The notes under the pieces: model-generated | What the model was told of the DNA's origin: nothing | The model's input: the letters and a program-made list of their open reading frames with translations, nothing else | Databases searched by the model: none | Made by a program: the position numbers and the translations under genes | Shown here: positions 9,125 to 17,040 of the stretch, piece by piece | Layout of the letters: every line of letters starts with the position of its first letter | Position numbering within the stretch: position 1 is the first letter of the stretch | Assembly: GCA_964421785.1 (NCBI GenBank) | Contig: CAYQZG010000009.1 | Coordinates: 1-54,247, forward strand | DNA length: 54,247 bases | Source of the DNA: an uncultured Anaerolineales bacterium | Lineage (GTDB): Bacteria; Chloroflexota; Anaerolineae; B4-G1 | Direction: 5' to 3'

Positions 9125-10441
9125 CTAGAGCCGTTCCTCCACCTCAATGGGCATCATAACCATGCCGCTGATCACCTTGGGATAGAAGTCGGTCGACTTC
9201 TGCGGCATCTTCTCCCCGGCGGCGGTGCAGGCGCGGACCTGTTCCATCCGGGTTGGGTTCAGGATGAAGAGGAAGTCGGCGTCGCCTTCGTCGACCGCGT
9301 CATAGCCCATCTGCGGGTCGCGCAGATACTCAATGTTCTCCTTGCGCTCCACGGCTTCCTTGCTGATGCCCATCACTCGCTCGATGAGCAACTCGTGTAG
9401 CACACTGACGTCGAGCATGCGCCAGGCTGGATCTCGTCCCGGCAGCAGTCTATCCATCACATCCGGGTCTTTCAGCTCCAGAACGGTGAATCCACCGCTG
9501 TAGAGGCCGAAGCGCGGATGGTCCGGTGTGGCCTTGTCCAGGGCTGCTTCAAGCTCCTCTCGGCTGTCCACCGAAATCAGGTTGAAGCTCTCCTTCGTCT
9601 CTTCCAGGATCTCCGATGTGCTCATCTTGCCGTAGGAGTGGATCAGACGGTGGGTGGGCAGGATCACCAGTCCGGGGTCCTGCATGCTGACCATGGTCAC
9701 CATGCGGAAGTTGAAGCCAGCGTTGCCCGGAGCGTCGGGATGGTGCTCCCGCATCTCGTCGCGGTAGTTGAGGGCCGTCTCGTAGCGGTGATGGCCATCG
9801 GCGATGATCAGGTTCTGTTTGGGCGCCATCTCCTCCACCACGGCCTCGACGATCTCCGCATCGGTCACGGCCCAGAATTGCTGTAGAACGTCTTTCTCAA
9901 ACAGATCCCGGGCCTCAAGACCCTCTGTCCTTTCGACGGCTTCGTTCAGCAGCTCATTGATCCGATCGCCGGGGTAGAGCATGAAGATATGCCCGAAATT
10001 GACCTGCGTGGCTCGCATCAGGTTGAGGCGATCGACCTTGGGGCCGGAGTGCGTGCGCTCGTGGGGAAGGACGACACCCTCGTCGAACGCGCTCAGCTGG
10101 AATGCGGCGACCAGGCCCTGTCGGCTTTTCTGAGTGCCATCGGGCAGGGTGAAGTTCTGCCGCAGGACGTAAAGCGCCGGCTCATCTTCGCGCATCAGCA
10201 CGCCCTCGTTCAGCCAGGTCTCGTAGTGCTCTCGGCCGCGGGTGTAGACGTTGTCGTCGGCGTCGTCCTCAGGCGTCTCTTTTCCCTTGATGATGCGTAC
10301 CACGTTGTAGGGGCTCTGCTCGTAATACTTGTCCTGCAGCCCATGGCGCACCCGGTCGTAGGGCTGGCTAATGACGCAGGAAAGGTCGTCAATCTTCTGT
10401 GGGTTGTATCGAGTGCCTCGGAAGGGCTTGATGATTGCCAT
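9125..10441 (-). CDS. DUF1015 domain-containing protein
   Basis: 438-aa ORF. The N-terminus MAIIKPFRGTRYNP is characteristic of the DUF1015 family. It is the last gene of the riboswitch-controlled operon. Confidence 0.8.
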   Translation of the reverse strand: MAIIKPFRGTRYNPQKIDDLSCVISQPYDRVRHGLQDKYYEQSPYNVVRIIKGKETPEDDADDNVYTRGREHYETWLNEGVLMREDEPALYVLRQNFTLPDGTQKSRQGLVAAFQLSAFDEGVVLPHERTHSGPKVDRLNLMRATQVNFGHIFMLYPGDRINELLNEAVERTEGLEARDLFEKDVLQQFWAVTDAEIVEAVVEEMAPKQNLIIADGHHRYETALNYRDEMREHHPDAPGNAGFNFRMVTMVSMQDPGLVILPTHRLIHSYGKMSTSEILEETKESFNLISVDSREELEAALDKATPDHPRFGLYSGGFTVLELKDPDVMDRLLPGRDPAWRMLDVSVLHELLIERVMGISKEAVERKENIEYLRDPQMGYDAVDEGDADFLFILNPTRMEQVRACTAAGEKMPQKSTDFYPKVISGMVMMPIEVEERL

Positions 10442-10515
10442 AAAGTCACCTCCTGTCTCTATCTCGGATGCAGGGAAGCGCGCTGTTGGCAGCTTCCCTG
10501 CATCGCTAATCCAGC

Positions 10516-11418
10516 CTAACGATTCGCAATCTCAATGGCGATGCTGGCCGTCTCCTCGCCGACGCGCGCCTTGGCCTCGACGGTACCGGCGCCGACATGC
10601 GGCGAGCCGATGACCTCCGGCAGTGCCATCAGCTTTGCGCCGCGCTCCTCTGCCTCGTCCTCGTAGACGTCTAGGGCAGCGCCAGCGACCTTGCCGCTCT
10701 CGATGGCCGCCAGCAGAGCATCCTCGTCCAGGGTGCCTCCGCGGCCACAGTTGACGATCTTGACGCCGTCCTTCATCTTGGCGAACTCCTCCGCGCCGAT
10801 GAGGTAGTGCGTGGAGGGCGTGTGCGGGACGTGGAGCGAGATGTAGTCCGAGCGCTCGAACAGCTCATCCAGCGGCACCTGGGTGGCGAAGTCGCACTCG
10901 ATGTCCGTGCGGCGGTGGAAGAGCACCTCCATACCGAGGGCTGCCGCCTTCTCGCCGACCAGGCTGCCGATGCGGCCGAAGCCAACCAGGCCCAGGGTCT
11001 TGCCAGCCAGCTCGGTCCCCTTGAGTTTCTTCTTCTCCCATTTGCCCTCTTTCATCGACACGGTGGCCTGAACGATGGGGCGAGCGAGGGCGAAGAGGTA
11101 TCCGACGGCCAGCTCGGCGACGGCGTTCGACGAGGCGGCCGGCGTGTTGCGCACCTCAATGCCGTGTTCCTCGGCGTAGTCGACGTCGATGCTGTCGAGG
11201 CCGACGCCGGCGCGGATGATGGCCTTCAGGTTGGTTGCCTTGTCGATGAGGGGCTCGCGTACCTTGGTGCGGCTGCGGACGACCATCGCCTCATAGTTGG
11301 GGATGATGTCCATCAGCTCGTCCAGGGTGACGTCGTCGTTCACGTCGACGTCAACGCCGCCCTCGCGCATCGCTGCAACCGCTTGCGGGTCTAACGGGTC
11401 GCAAACAATCAGCTTCAT
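10516..11418 (-). CDS. D-isomer-specific 2-hydroxyacid dehydrogenase (short SerA-like; phosphoglycerate dehydrogenase or hydroxypyruvate/glyoxylate reductase)
   Basis: 300-aa ORF with the NAD motif GLVGFGRIGSLVG and a catalytic-His region SPHVGAGT. It has no ACT domain. Confidence 0.8.
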   Translation of the reverse strand: MKLIVCDPLDPQAVAAMREGGVDVDVNDDVTLDELMDIIPNYEAMVVRSRTKVREPLIDKATNLKAIIRAGVGLDSIDVDYAEEHGIEVRNTPAASSNAVAELAVGYLFALARPIVQATVSMKEGKWEKKKLKGTELAGKTLGLVGFGRIGSLVGEKAAALGMEVLFHRRTDIECDFATQVPLDELFERSDYISLHVPHTPSTHYLIGAEEFAKMKDGVKIVNCGRGGTLDEDALLAAIESGKVAGAALDVYEDEAEERGAKLMALPEVIGSPHVGAGTVEAKARVGEETASIAIEIANR

Positions 11419-11445
11419 AGTCGTGTCTCCTTATCAGGTGAGGGG

Positions 11446-12513
11446 TTACAGATCCAGGATGTCCTCAATCTGGTCCGTCAGCCACTTCAGGTCGGTAAGC
11501 GTCAAGTCGCCCATGTGGGCGATGCGGAAGCATTTCTCCTTGAGCGGGCCGTAGCCGTTGGAAATCTGCGCGCCTCGCAGGGCCAATTCGGCGTTGAGAT
11601 CGGCGACGCTGATGCCGCGGGTGTTCTTCACGTTGGTCACTGTGGGTGACAAGTAGCGCTCGTCGGAGAAGAGGCCGAAGTACTCGCGTGCCCAATCCTG
11701 GACGTAGGCTGCCATCTCCTGATGGCGCTTCCAGCGGTTCTCCAGCCCCAGTACCATGATATCTTCCAACTGGACGTCTAGCGCCTCGATCAGGCTGGTG
11801 CATGGTGTAGCGCGGGTTTGATGCTTCTCGTATTTCTTGTCCATCTGCTCATAGGAGAAGTAGTAACCCTTGTTGGTCACGTCCAAGGCGCGCTCCCGCG
11901 CCCGGTCGCTGACGGCGCAGATGGTCAGCCCCGCGGGCAGGGCGAAGCACTTCTGCGTGCCGGCCAGGCAGACGTCCAGGCCCCAGGCGTCGAACTCGAT
12001 CTTGGCCCCGGCCATGCCGCTGACGGCGTCGACCAGGATCAGCACATCCGGGTACTTCTCGTGGACGAGCTCCGCGATCTCGTCGACCGGGTTCAACAGG
12101 CCGGTCGAGGTCTCATTGAAGACCACGGTCATAGCGTCGTACTCGCCGCTGGCGAGCGCCTCGTCGACGATGTCGGGGGTGATGGCCTGGCCCCATTCCG
12201 CCTCCACGGTACCTGTGGGGATGCCGTTTGCCTCGCAGATGGTGTGCCAGCGGGCCGAGAAGGCGCCGTTGATGGTGTTGAGGATCTTCTTGTTCGTGGC
12301 CTGGCGGATGGTCCCCTCCATGACGCCGGTAGATGATGAGGTGAAGAGGTAGACGCGCTGCTCGGTGTAGAGGAGCTTCTGGAGCTTCTCCGTCACGCTC
12401 TTGTGCAGCGCGGCATACTCCGGAGCGCGATGGTGAATGACGGGTGTGGTCTGTGCTTCCAGGATCTCATCGCGAACGTGCGTGGGTCCTGGGGTGAAGA
12501 GCTTTCTGTACAT
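11446..12513 (-). CDS. class-V pyridoxal-phosphate aminotransferase (serine-pyruvate / alanine-glyoxylate / phosphoserine aminotransferase type)
   Basis: 355-aa ORF with an AGGAGG RBS. The PLP-lysine context is GTQKCFALPAG. It is the first gene downstream of the glycine riboswitch. Confidence 0.8.
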   Translation of the reverse strand: MYRKLFTPGPTHVRDEILEAQTTPVIHHRAPEYAALHKSVTEKLQKLLYTEQRVYLFTSSSTGVMEGTIRQATNKKILNTINGAFSARWHTICEANGIPTGTVEAEWGQAITPDIVDEALASGEYDAMTVVFNETSTGLLNPVDEIAELVHEKYPDVLILVDAVSGMAGAKIEFDAWGLDVCLAGTQKCFALPAGLTICAVSDRARERALDVTNKGYYFSYEQMDKKYEKHQTRATPCTSLIEALDVQLEDIMVLGLENRWKRHQEMAAYVQDWAREYFGLFSDERYLSPTVTNVKNTRGISVADLNAELALRGAQISNGYGPLKEKCFRIAHMGDLTLTDLKWLTDQIEDILDL

Positions 12514-12665
12514 CGTGAACCTCCTGTTCAGTGAATCGCGTGTGAAGTGATCGTATCAGTTGATAGATCGGCATTGCCCGGCTCGAGGCTGGTGAACACT
12601 CTGTAAATCGCCTGCTAATTCTAGACGTTTGCTCTGATTCCCACGTCACCGGGGCTCATCTATCG

Positions 12666-12701
12666 AAAAAAGGACGCATCAGCCTCTTGGCTGTGCGTCC
12701 T
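12666..12701 (-). terminator. intrinsic terminator forming the expression platform of the glycine riboswitch
   Basis: The minus strand reads AGGACGCAcagccaagaggctgaTGCGTCCTTTTTT. The 5' arm begins inside the 3' strand (CAGAG) of the aptamer-2 P1 helix. Confidence 0.75.
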
Positions 12702-12939
12702 CTGTCTCCCACCTGAGAGATTCCTCCCGAATGACTGTTGGGGTTGCCCCTTCGGTATCCTTAGCGCTGTCCCGGACTGGCTTACTGGGACTTACCCAGG
12801 GCCCCGGGATCTGCTTCCAGGATTTTCCAGAGTGCCAAGGTACAGGGTCCTGTGACCTGAGAGTTTCGTCGCTGCGATCAGCCGGTCGCAGCGACTTGCC
12901 CCTTCGGTGTCCGCTTGGAGGCGGCCTCTCCCCTGTACC
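12700..12939 (-). promoter_or_regulatory. tandem glycine riboswitch (two aptamers)
   Basis: On the minus strand, aptamer 1 has P1 GGTACAGG/CCTGTACC and the cores GGGGAGAG, CACCGAAGGGGCAA and AACTCTCAGGtcacAGGAC. Aptamer 2 has P1 CTCTG/CAGAG and the cores TACCGAAGGGGCAA and ATCTCTCAGGtgggagACAGAGGAC. This matches the layout of the B. subtilis gcvT leader. Confidence 0.85.
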
Positions 12940-12968
12940 CGAGGGCGGTCATCCTATGATTTGACCTT

Positions 12969-12997
12969 ATTCTACAATATCCTCTCTCAAAAGTCAA
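12969..12997 (-). promoter_or_regulatory. sigma70-type promoter driving the glycine riboswitch operon
   Basis: The minus strand reads TTGACT (12997-12992), 17-nt spacer, TAGAAT (12974-12969), about 30 nt upstream of the aptamer-1 P1 helix. Confidence 0.7.
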
Positions 12998-13039
12998 TTT
13001 TGGTGAAACGAGGGCCGCCATAGTCGTGGACGCACTCGC

Positions 13040-13057
13040 GGGGATCTGGTGATCCCC
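13040..13057. repeat. REP-like palindrome, family b (GGGGATCTGnnGATCCCC)
   Basis: GGGGATCTGGTGATCCCC followed by TGGAGTAAGAGCG. Related copies are at 14285 and 14875. Confidence 0.7.
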
Positions 13058-13113
13058 TGGAGTAAGAGCGTATGGGTCCAATCTGGCGCGTGCTCTCCCT
13101 CGAATGGGTGGCA

Positions 13114-13995
13114 TCACTCGGGTGTCAGCCTTGTCAGCACATCTCTTAACGCTTGAAGGACCGGTTCGCGCCCGGCCATCACGACGTCGGCGCCTGGTCC
13201 CCCATCGACCATAGAGGTGTAGTCGATCAGGTCGGCGTTCAGATAGGCGAGATCATGTCCTTGGGCACGGTTGATGGCGTGGGCCGCTGCGATGTCCCAG
13301 ATATGGATCCCGGGGCCTTCCAGTGCGCCGATGACGACGGGATAGATGAGATGGAAGCAGAGATGTAGAGCGGCGCTGCCGATCCCCCTGATCTTACCTA
13401 TGTAGCCGCTCAGGTCGAGCTGTTTGTGGATCCGGGAGGTGACCATCAGGTTGGAGTGGGTGGAGATGGGCTGGGCTGGTTGCGGCGGCGGAAGCGCGGA
13501 TGTCGCTTCAGCCGCCAAGTCCGTCCCCGTGCCGCTTCCTTCGCTTACCCTTTCTATGGCTGATCCATTCAACGTGGCTCCACGATTGCCATTGGCGACG
13601 ATCAGCAGGTGGAGTCGCGGGGCGAAGATGACGCCTGCGATAGGGGTCAGGACGCGGTCGAGCAGACCGACGGAGACGCACCAGCCGGGCATGCCCTGAC
13701 TGAAGACGTCTGTGCCGTCGATGGGGTCGATGGCGAAGGTGAGCGTCTTTTCTGGATCGAAGGGATGCCGTGATTCTTCGGTGATGATGTTGGCCTCTGG
13801 GTGGAGATCGCTGATGCGCTCGACCAGGAAGGCCTCGACCTTTCGGTCAGCCTCGGTGACCACAGAGTTGTCGGCCTTGTAACTGCGGTCCGAGACGTCC
13901 ATGGCACGCTGTTCCTGCAAGGCCATCTCACCTGCCGTCTGGACGTGCGCTGTGATATCTGCTACGATGCTGGCTGCCTTGTGTCCCTTGGGCAC
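13114..13995 (-). CDS. inositol monophosphatase / FBPase family protein (SuhB-like)
   Basis: Motifs AIDPIDGTDVF and WDIAAAHAI are present. The likely start is GTG 13995, 5 nt after a GGAGG RBS (track start 14007). There is an Ala/Pro-rich insert, GSGTGTDLAAEATSALPPPQPAQP. Confidence 0.8.
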   Translation of the reverse strand: MPKGHKAASIVADITAHVQTAGEMALQEQRAMDVSDRSYKADNSVVTEADRKVEAFLVERISDLHPEANIITEESRHPFDPEKTLTFAIDPIDGTDVFSQGMPGWCVSVGLLDRVLTPIAGVIFAPRLHLLIVANGNRGATLNGSAIERVSEGSGTGTDLAAEATSALPPPQPAQPISTHSNLMVTSRIHKQLDLSGYIGKIRGIGSAALHLCFHLIYPVVIGALEGPGIHIWDIAAAHAINRAQGHDLAYLNADLIDYTSMVDGGPGADVVMAGREPVLQALRDVLTRLTPE

Positions 13996-14246
13996 GACTA
14001 CCTCCAATTCAGGTATGACGATTGCCGGTGGATTGTATCACCGAAATTGGTTTCTCGCGAGGTAACTGTTCACCTGCCGCTCCTGGCGGATGACTCGGGA
14101 AGAGCTTGCGATCCGCCATGTTGGATGCGAAATCGCCGGGTCATGGCTCAGGCCGCTTCGCTTCCAAGCAGCACACGCCAGTCCGGCTGGAGCGTAGGGG
14201 CAATGAGGTGAATCGTTGCCTCGCAGGTGTATGCCTGGCGGGGCGC

Positions 14247-14274
14247 TTGACGCCACCCTTTCATGTGATAGCAT
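14247..14274 (+). promoter_or_regulatory. putative sigma70-type promoter for the cytochrome c lipoprotein gene
   Basis: TTGACG (14247-14252), 16-nt spacer, TAGCAT (14269-14274). Confidence 0.4.
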
Positions 14275-14284
14275 AGACGTGAAT

Positions 14285-14302
14285 GGGGATCTGTCGATCC
14301 CC
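14285..14302. repeat. REP-like palindrome, family b
   Basis: GGGGATCTGTCGATCCCC followed by TTCGAGCG, in the 5' leader of the cytochrome c gene. Confidence 0.7.
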
Positions 14303-14352
14303 TTCGAGCGATTGGATGGCCAATCATCATAGTGGTGTGTAAGGAGTGGTCT

Positions 14353-14844
14353 ATGCCTAGAAGAACCTATCTGCTCATTGTTTTCTTGCTGGCGACGACT
14401 GTTGCGGCTCAGGGATGTGGGCCGGCTGCGACAGAGGTCAGCACCGCCACACCTGTCGCCACGGAACGTCCGGAACCAACGGCTACGGCGGAAGCCACGG
14501 AGTCCACCGAGGTTGTCGCGACGGAGGAGCCCACGGCCGAGCCGACCGAGTCGCAGCCTTCAGCGACGGTCACGCCGGAACCGGAGGAACCGACGGCCAC
14601 AGCGGAACCGGAGGAACCGACAGCAACGCCCGAACCGACGGCTGAGCCTGCTGAGCCGGAAGGCCAGGTGCTGCTGGAGGCGCGCTGCACAGCATGCCAC
14701 GGTCTGGGTCGGGTGGAGAGCGCGCAGAAGTCCCGCGATGCGTGGGTGTCCACGGTGGATCGCATGGTGGGTTACGGGGTACAGCTTTCTGAATCTGAAC
14801 GAGGGACCCTCCTAGACTACCTGGTGGATACGTATGGTCCGTAG
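14353..14844 (+). CDS. monohaem cytochrome c domain lipoprotein with a Pro/Thr/Glu-rich linker
   Basis: AAGGAG RBS before ATG 14353. The lipobox is VAAQGC, and the low-complexity linker contains a 2 x 27-bp tandem repeat (14578-14631). The C-terminal domain carries the CxxCH motif (CTACHG). Confidence 0.7.
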   Translation: MPRRTYLLIVFLLATTVAAQGCGPAATEVSTATPVATERPEPTATAEATESTEVVATEEPTAEPTESQPSATVTPEPEEPTATAEPEEPTATPEPTAEPAEPEGQVLLEARCTACHGLGRVESAQKSRDAWVSTVDRMVGYGVQLSESERGTLLDYLVDTYGP

Positions 14845-14874
14845 ATCCGGGTTGCCTTCAACTGTCCGGTAGGC

Positions 14875-14891
14875 GGGGATCTGACGATCCC
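14875..14891. repeat. REP-like palindrome, family b
   Basis: GGGGATCTGACGATCCC followed by TTGGGAGCG, between convergent gene ends. Confidence 0.7.
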
Positions 14892-14920
14892 TTGGGAGCG
14901 GAGGGGCTGTGGCGCGGGGG

Positions 14921-15760
14921 TCACGTCGGCGAAGACGCTCTCCGGAGCACCAGCACGACGTGGTCACCCCAGAGCCGCCAGGGCCAACGCTGGCGCAGCT
15001 GCTGCTCCAGACGGTCCAGGGTGCGGAAGAGAGCCCTGTAGCTCCGGAAGGTGGCGTCCAGGTAGGGCGGCGGCAGTAGCAGGGGGAGCGAGAGCGTCCG
15101 CTCGACGGTGAAGGCGGGGTAGAAGGCCTGCTTCACGTCTCGAACGGAGAGGTAGCGTGTGGCCACGGAGACCTCGACGTCCTCGGTGCCGGCGACGGGC
15201 GCGGCCTGCCAGCCCCGGTGGAGGCGCCGGAAGGCCAGGCGCGGGCGGCCGTGGAGGAGGAACCAGGCCATCTCAAATGGGCAGCAGCGTCCCATCACCG
15301 AGCAGACGAAAGCGCCGCCTGGCTTGATCAGGCGGGCCAGCGCCGTGCCGAGGCGCTCAAGGTGTGGCTCACAGTTGAGGGCACCGAAGCTGGCATAGGC
15401 GCCGTCGAAGGAGGTTGGTGGATGGAGTGCTTCTATGCCGGCCGCCGGCACGGCCAGGGCTGCCACGCGGTGGCCCAGATCGGCGGCCCGCGCTTTGGCC
15501 AGCGTCAATGACGCCATCCTCGGAGAGATGTCCGTGGCCAGCACGCGCCGTCCAGATCTGGCCAGCGCCAAGGCCTCTTCTCCGGTGCCGCAGCCGATCT
15601 CCAACAGGTGGCTGCCGCGGGGGAACGTCGCCTTCAGCAGCGCCAGACTCTCCTGGCGCATCCACGTCATCACTGCGTTTCCCTGCGGACCGTAGACCGC
15701 GTCGTAGTGCGACGCGACAGCATCGAAGGCACGTGCAGTGTCCAGGTAGTCTGGCTTCAT
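14921..15760 (-). CDS. class I SAM-dependent methyltransferase
   Basis: Motif I is LLEIGCGTGEEA. The start ATG 15760 overlaps the upstream stop (ATGA). The longer 490-aa track ORF is an Arg/Pro-rich out-of-frame extension through the flippase gene. Confidence 0.8.
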   Translation of the reverse strand: MKPDYLDTARAFDAVASHYDAVYGPQGNAVMTWMRQESLALLKATFPRGSHLLEIGCGTGEEALALARSGRRVLATDISPRMASLTLAKARAADLGHRVAALAVPAAGIEALHPPTSFDGAYASFGALNCEPHLERLGTALARLIKPGGAFVCSVMGRCCPFEMAWFLLHGRPRLAFRRLHRGWQAAPVAGTEDVEVSVATRYLSVRDVKQAFYPAFTVERTLSLPLLLPPPYLDATFRSYRALFRTLDRLEQQLRQRWPWRLWGDHVVLVLRRASSPT

Positions 15761-17040
15761 CGGTCCTTCTTGGTCCGCAGCGCCCGCCGGGCGAGCACCG
15801 AGAGCAGCGCCCAGAGCAGCCAGGCTGAGAAGAGGGCGACCGTGCTGACGCCGAGCGTGCTCCAGCGGGGGATGACGAGCAGGTTGAGGCCCACGTTCAC
15901 GAGTCCGACGATTGCCATGGCACCCGTCACCGAGCGCTGGCGTCCCAGGGCATAGAGGGTGTGGCCGTTGAGGAGGTAGAGAAACATGGCCGGGATGGCC
16001 CAGACCTGGATGCGAAAGGCCGTCACGGCGCTCCCGTGCGCCTGTGCGGGCCCGTAGACGAGGGGCACGAGCGTCCCGGCCAGGGCCATGCCGACAATGG
16101 AGAGGAGCAGACCGCCGGCCAGGAGCAAAGGGCCGGTGCGACGGATCAACCGGCGCAGCCGCCTGTGGCCCACGCCCTCCTGCGCCAGGCGTGCCATCTC
16201 GGGGAATGTGGCATCCAGTAGACTGGCGGGGATCAAGCCCACCGTCTCCCACAGCCTGTAGGCCGCGCCGTATTGGCCTGCGGCCACGTCCCCCTGCCAG
16301 GCGCTGAGCATCACGAGGTCCAGGCGTCGATAGGCCATGGCGATGATGCCCGTCACGGCGAAGGGATAGGCATCCGACAGAGCATCCCCCCATTGGGCAG
16401 CAGCGAGACGTAGGCGAGGCAGCAGGTGCCAGGAACAGAGGACGACGCCGTAGATGAGGACGCCCACGGCGTCTGCAGCCGCCGTGCAGACCAGCACGCC
16501 AGGGACGCCGAAGCCAACCTTCAGAGCCGGCACCGCCCCCGCCAAGGTGAGCAAGCGGGCGGCGACGTCGATGGCGCTGGCGACGTCCATGCGCTGGCAG
16601 CCGTTGAAGAAGCCGCCCAAGGTTCCTGCGGCGGCTTTCGGCAGCAGGGACAGCGCCCCAAGGTGAAGGAGGGGTTGGGTCTCGGCGGGGAACAGCGGGA
16701 CCCAGGCTAGAGCGACCAGTATGCCCGCGCCCAAGGCGGCCAGCGCCATGCGAAGGGAAAGCAGATCTCCCAGCAGCCGCTGTCGGCAGGAGGGTGAGCG
16801 CTGGCGCGCCGCCTCGCGCGTCAGGAGCATACTCAGGCCCAGGTCGGTGATGGCCACAGCGAGCCCCACCATCGTGGTGACGAGGACGTAACGTCCCAGC
16901 CCCGCCGATCCCTCATGGCGGGTGATCAGCGCCAAAAGGATCAAGGAGAGCAGTTTGGCCGCTACCTGAGCGCCAAGCCGCGCGGCAGCGTTCCTGCTAA
17001 CCCGGATGACGGCCTGTCGGGTTTCGACGGCCTGATCCAC
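15757..17040 (-). CDS. oligosaccharide/polysaccharide flippase (MOP/Wzx family)
   Basis: Multi-TM ORF with an N-terminal region VSRNAAARLGAQVAAKLLSLILLALITR typical of PST/MOP flippases. The putative GTG start at 17040 overlaps the upstream TAG stop by one base. Confidence 0.7.
   Translation of the reverse strand: MDQAVETRQAVIRVSRNAAARLGAQVAAKLLSLILLALITRHEGSAGLGRYVLVTTMVGLAVAITDLGLSMLLTREAARQRSPSCRQRLLGDLLSLRMALAALGAGILVALAWVPLFPAETQPLLHLGALSLLPKAAAGTLGGFFNGCQRMDVASAIDVAARLLTLAGAVPALKVGFGVPGVLVCTAAADAVGVLIYGVVLCSWHLLPRLRLAAAQWGDALSDAYPFAVTGIIAMAYRRLDLVMLSAWQGDVAAGQYGAAYRLWETVGLIPASLLDATFPEMARLAQEGVGHRRLRRLIRRTGPLLLAGGLLLSIVGMALAGTLVPLVYGPAQAHGSAVTAFRIQVWAIPAMFLYLLNGHTLYALGRQRSVTGAMAIVGLVNVGLNLLVIPRWSTLGVSTVALFSAWLLWALLSVLARRALRTKKDR

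Noticed and set aside
12514-12665. Second regulatory element or small ORF (60-aa ORF at 12467-12649) between the riboswitch terminator and the aminotransferase start
   Set aside because: I found no recognisable motif or RBS for the ORF. It is probably just the untranslated region downstream of the expression platform, though a weak internal promoter cannot be excluded.
15761-16393. N-terminal extension of the methyltransferase ORF (490-aa version), and likewise 17041-17409 for the flippase and 26167-26934 for the beta-lactamase-fold gene
   Set aside because: These extensions run out of frame through the upstream genes and are Arg/Pro/Gly-rich. Internal starts with RBS or ATGA/GTGA coupling give proteins of normal family length.
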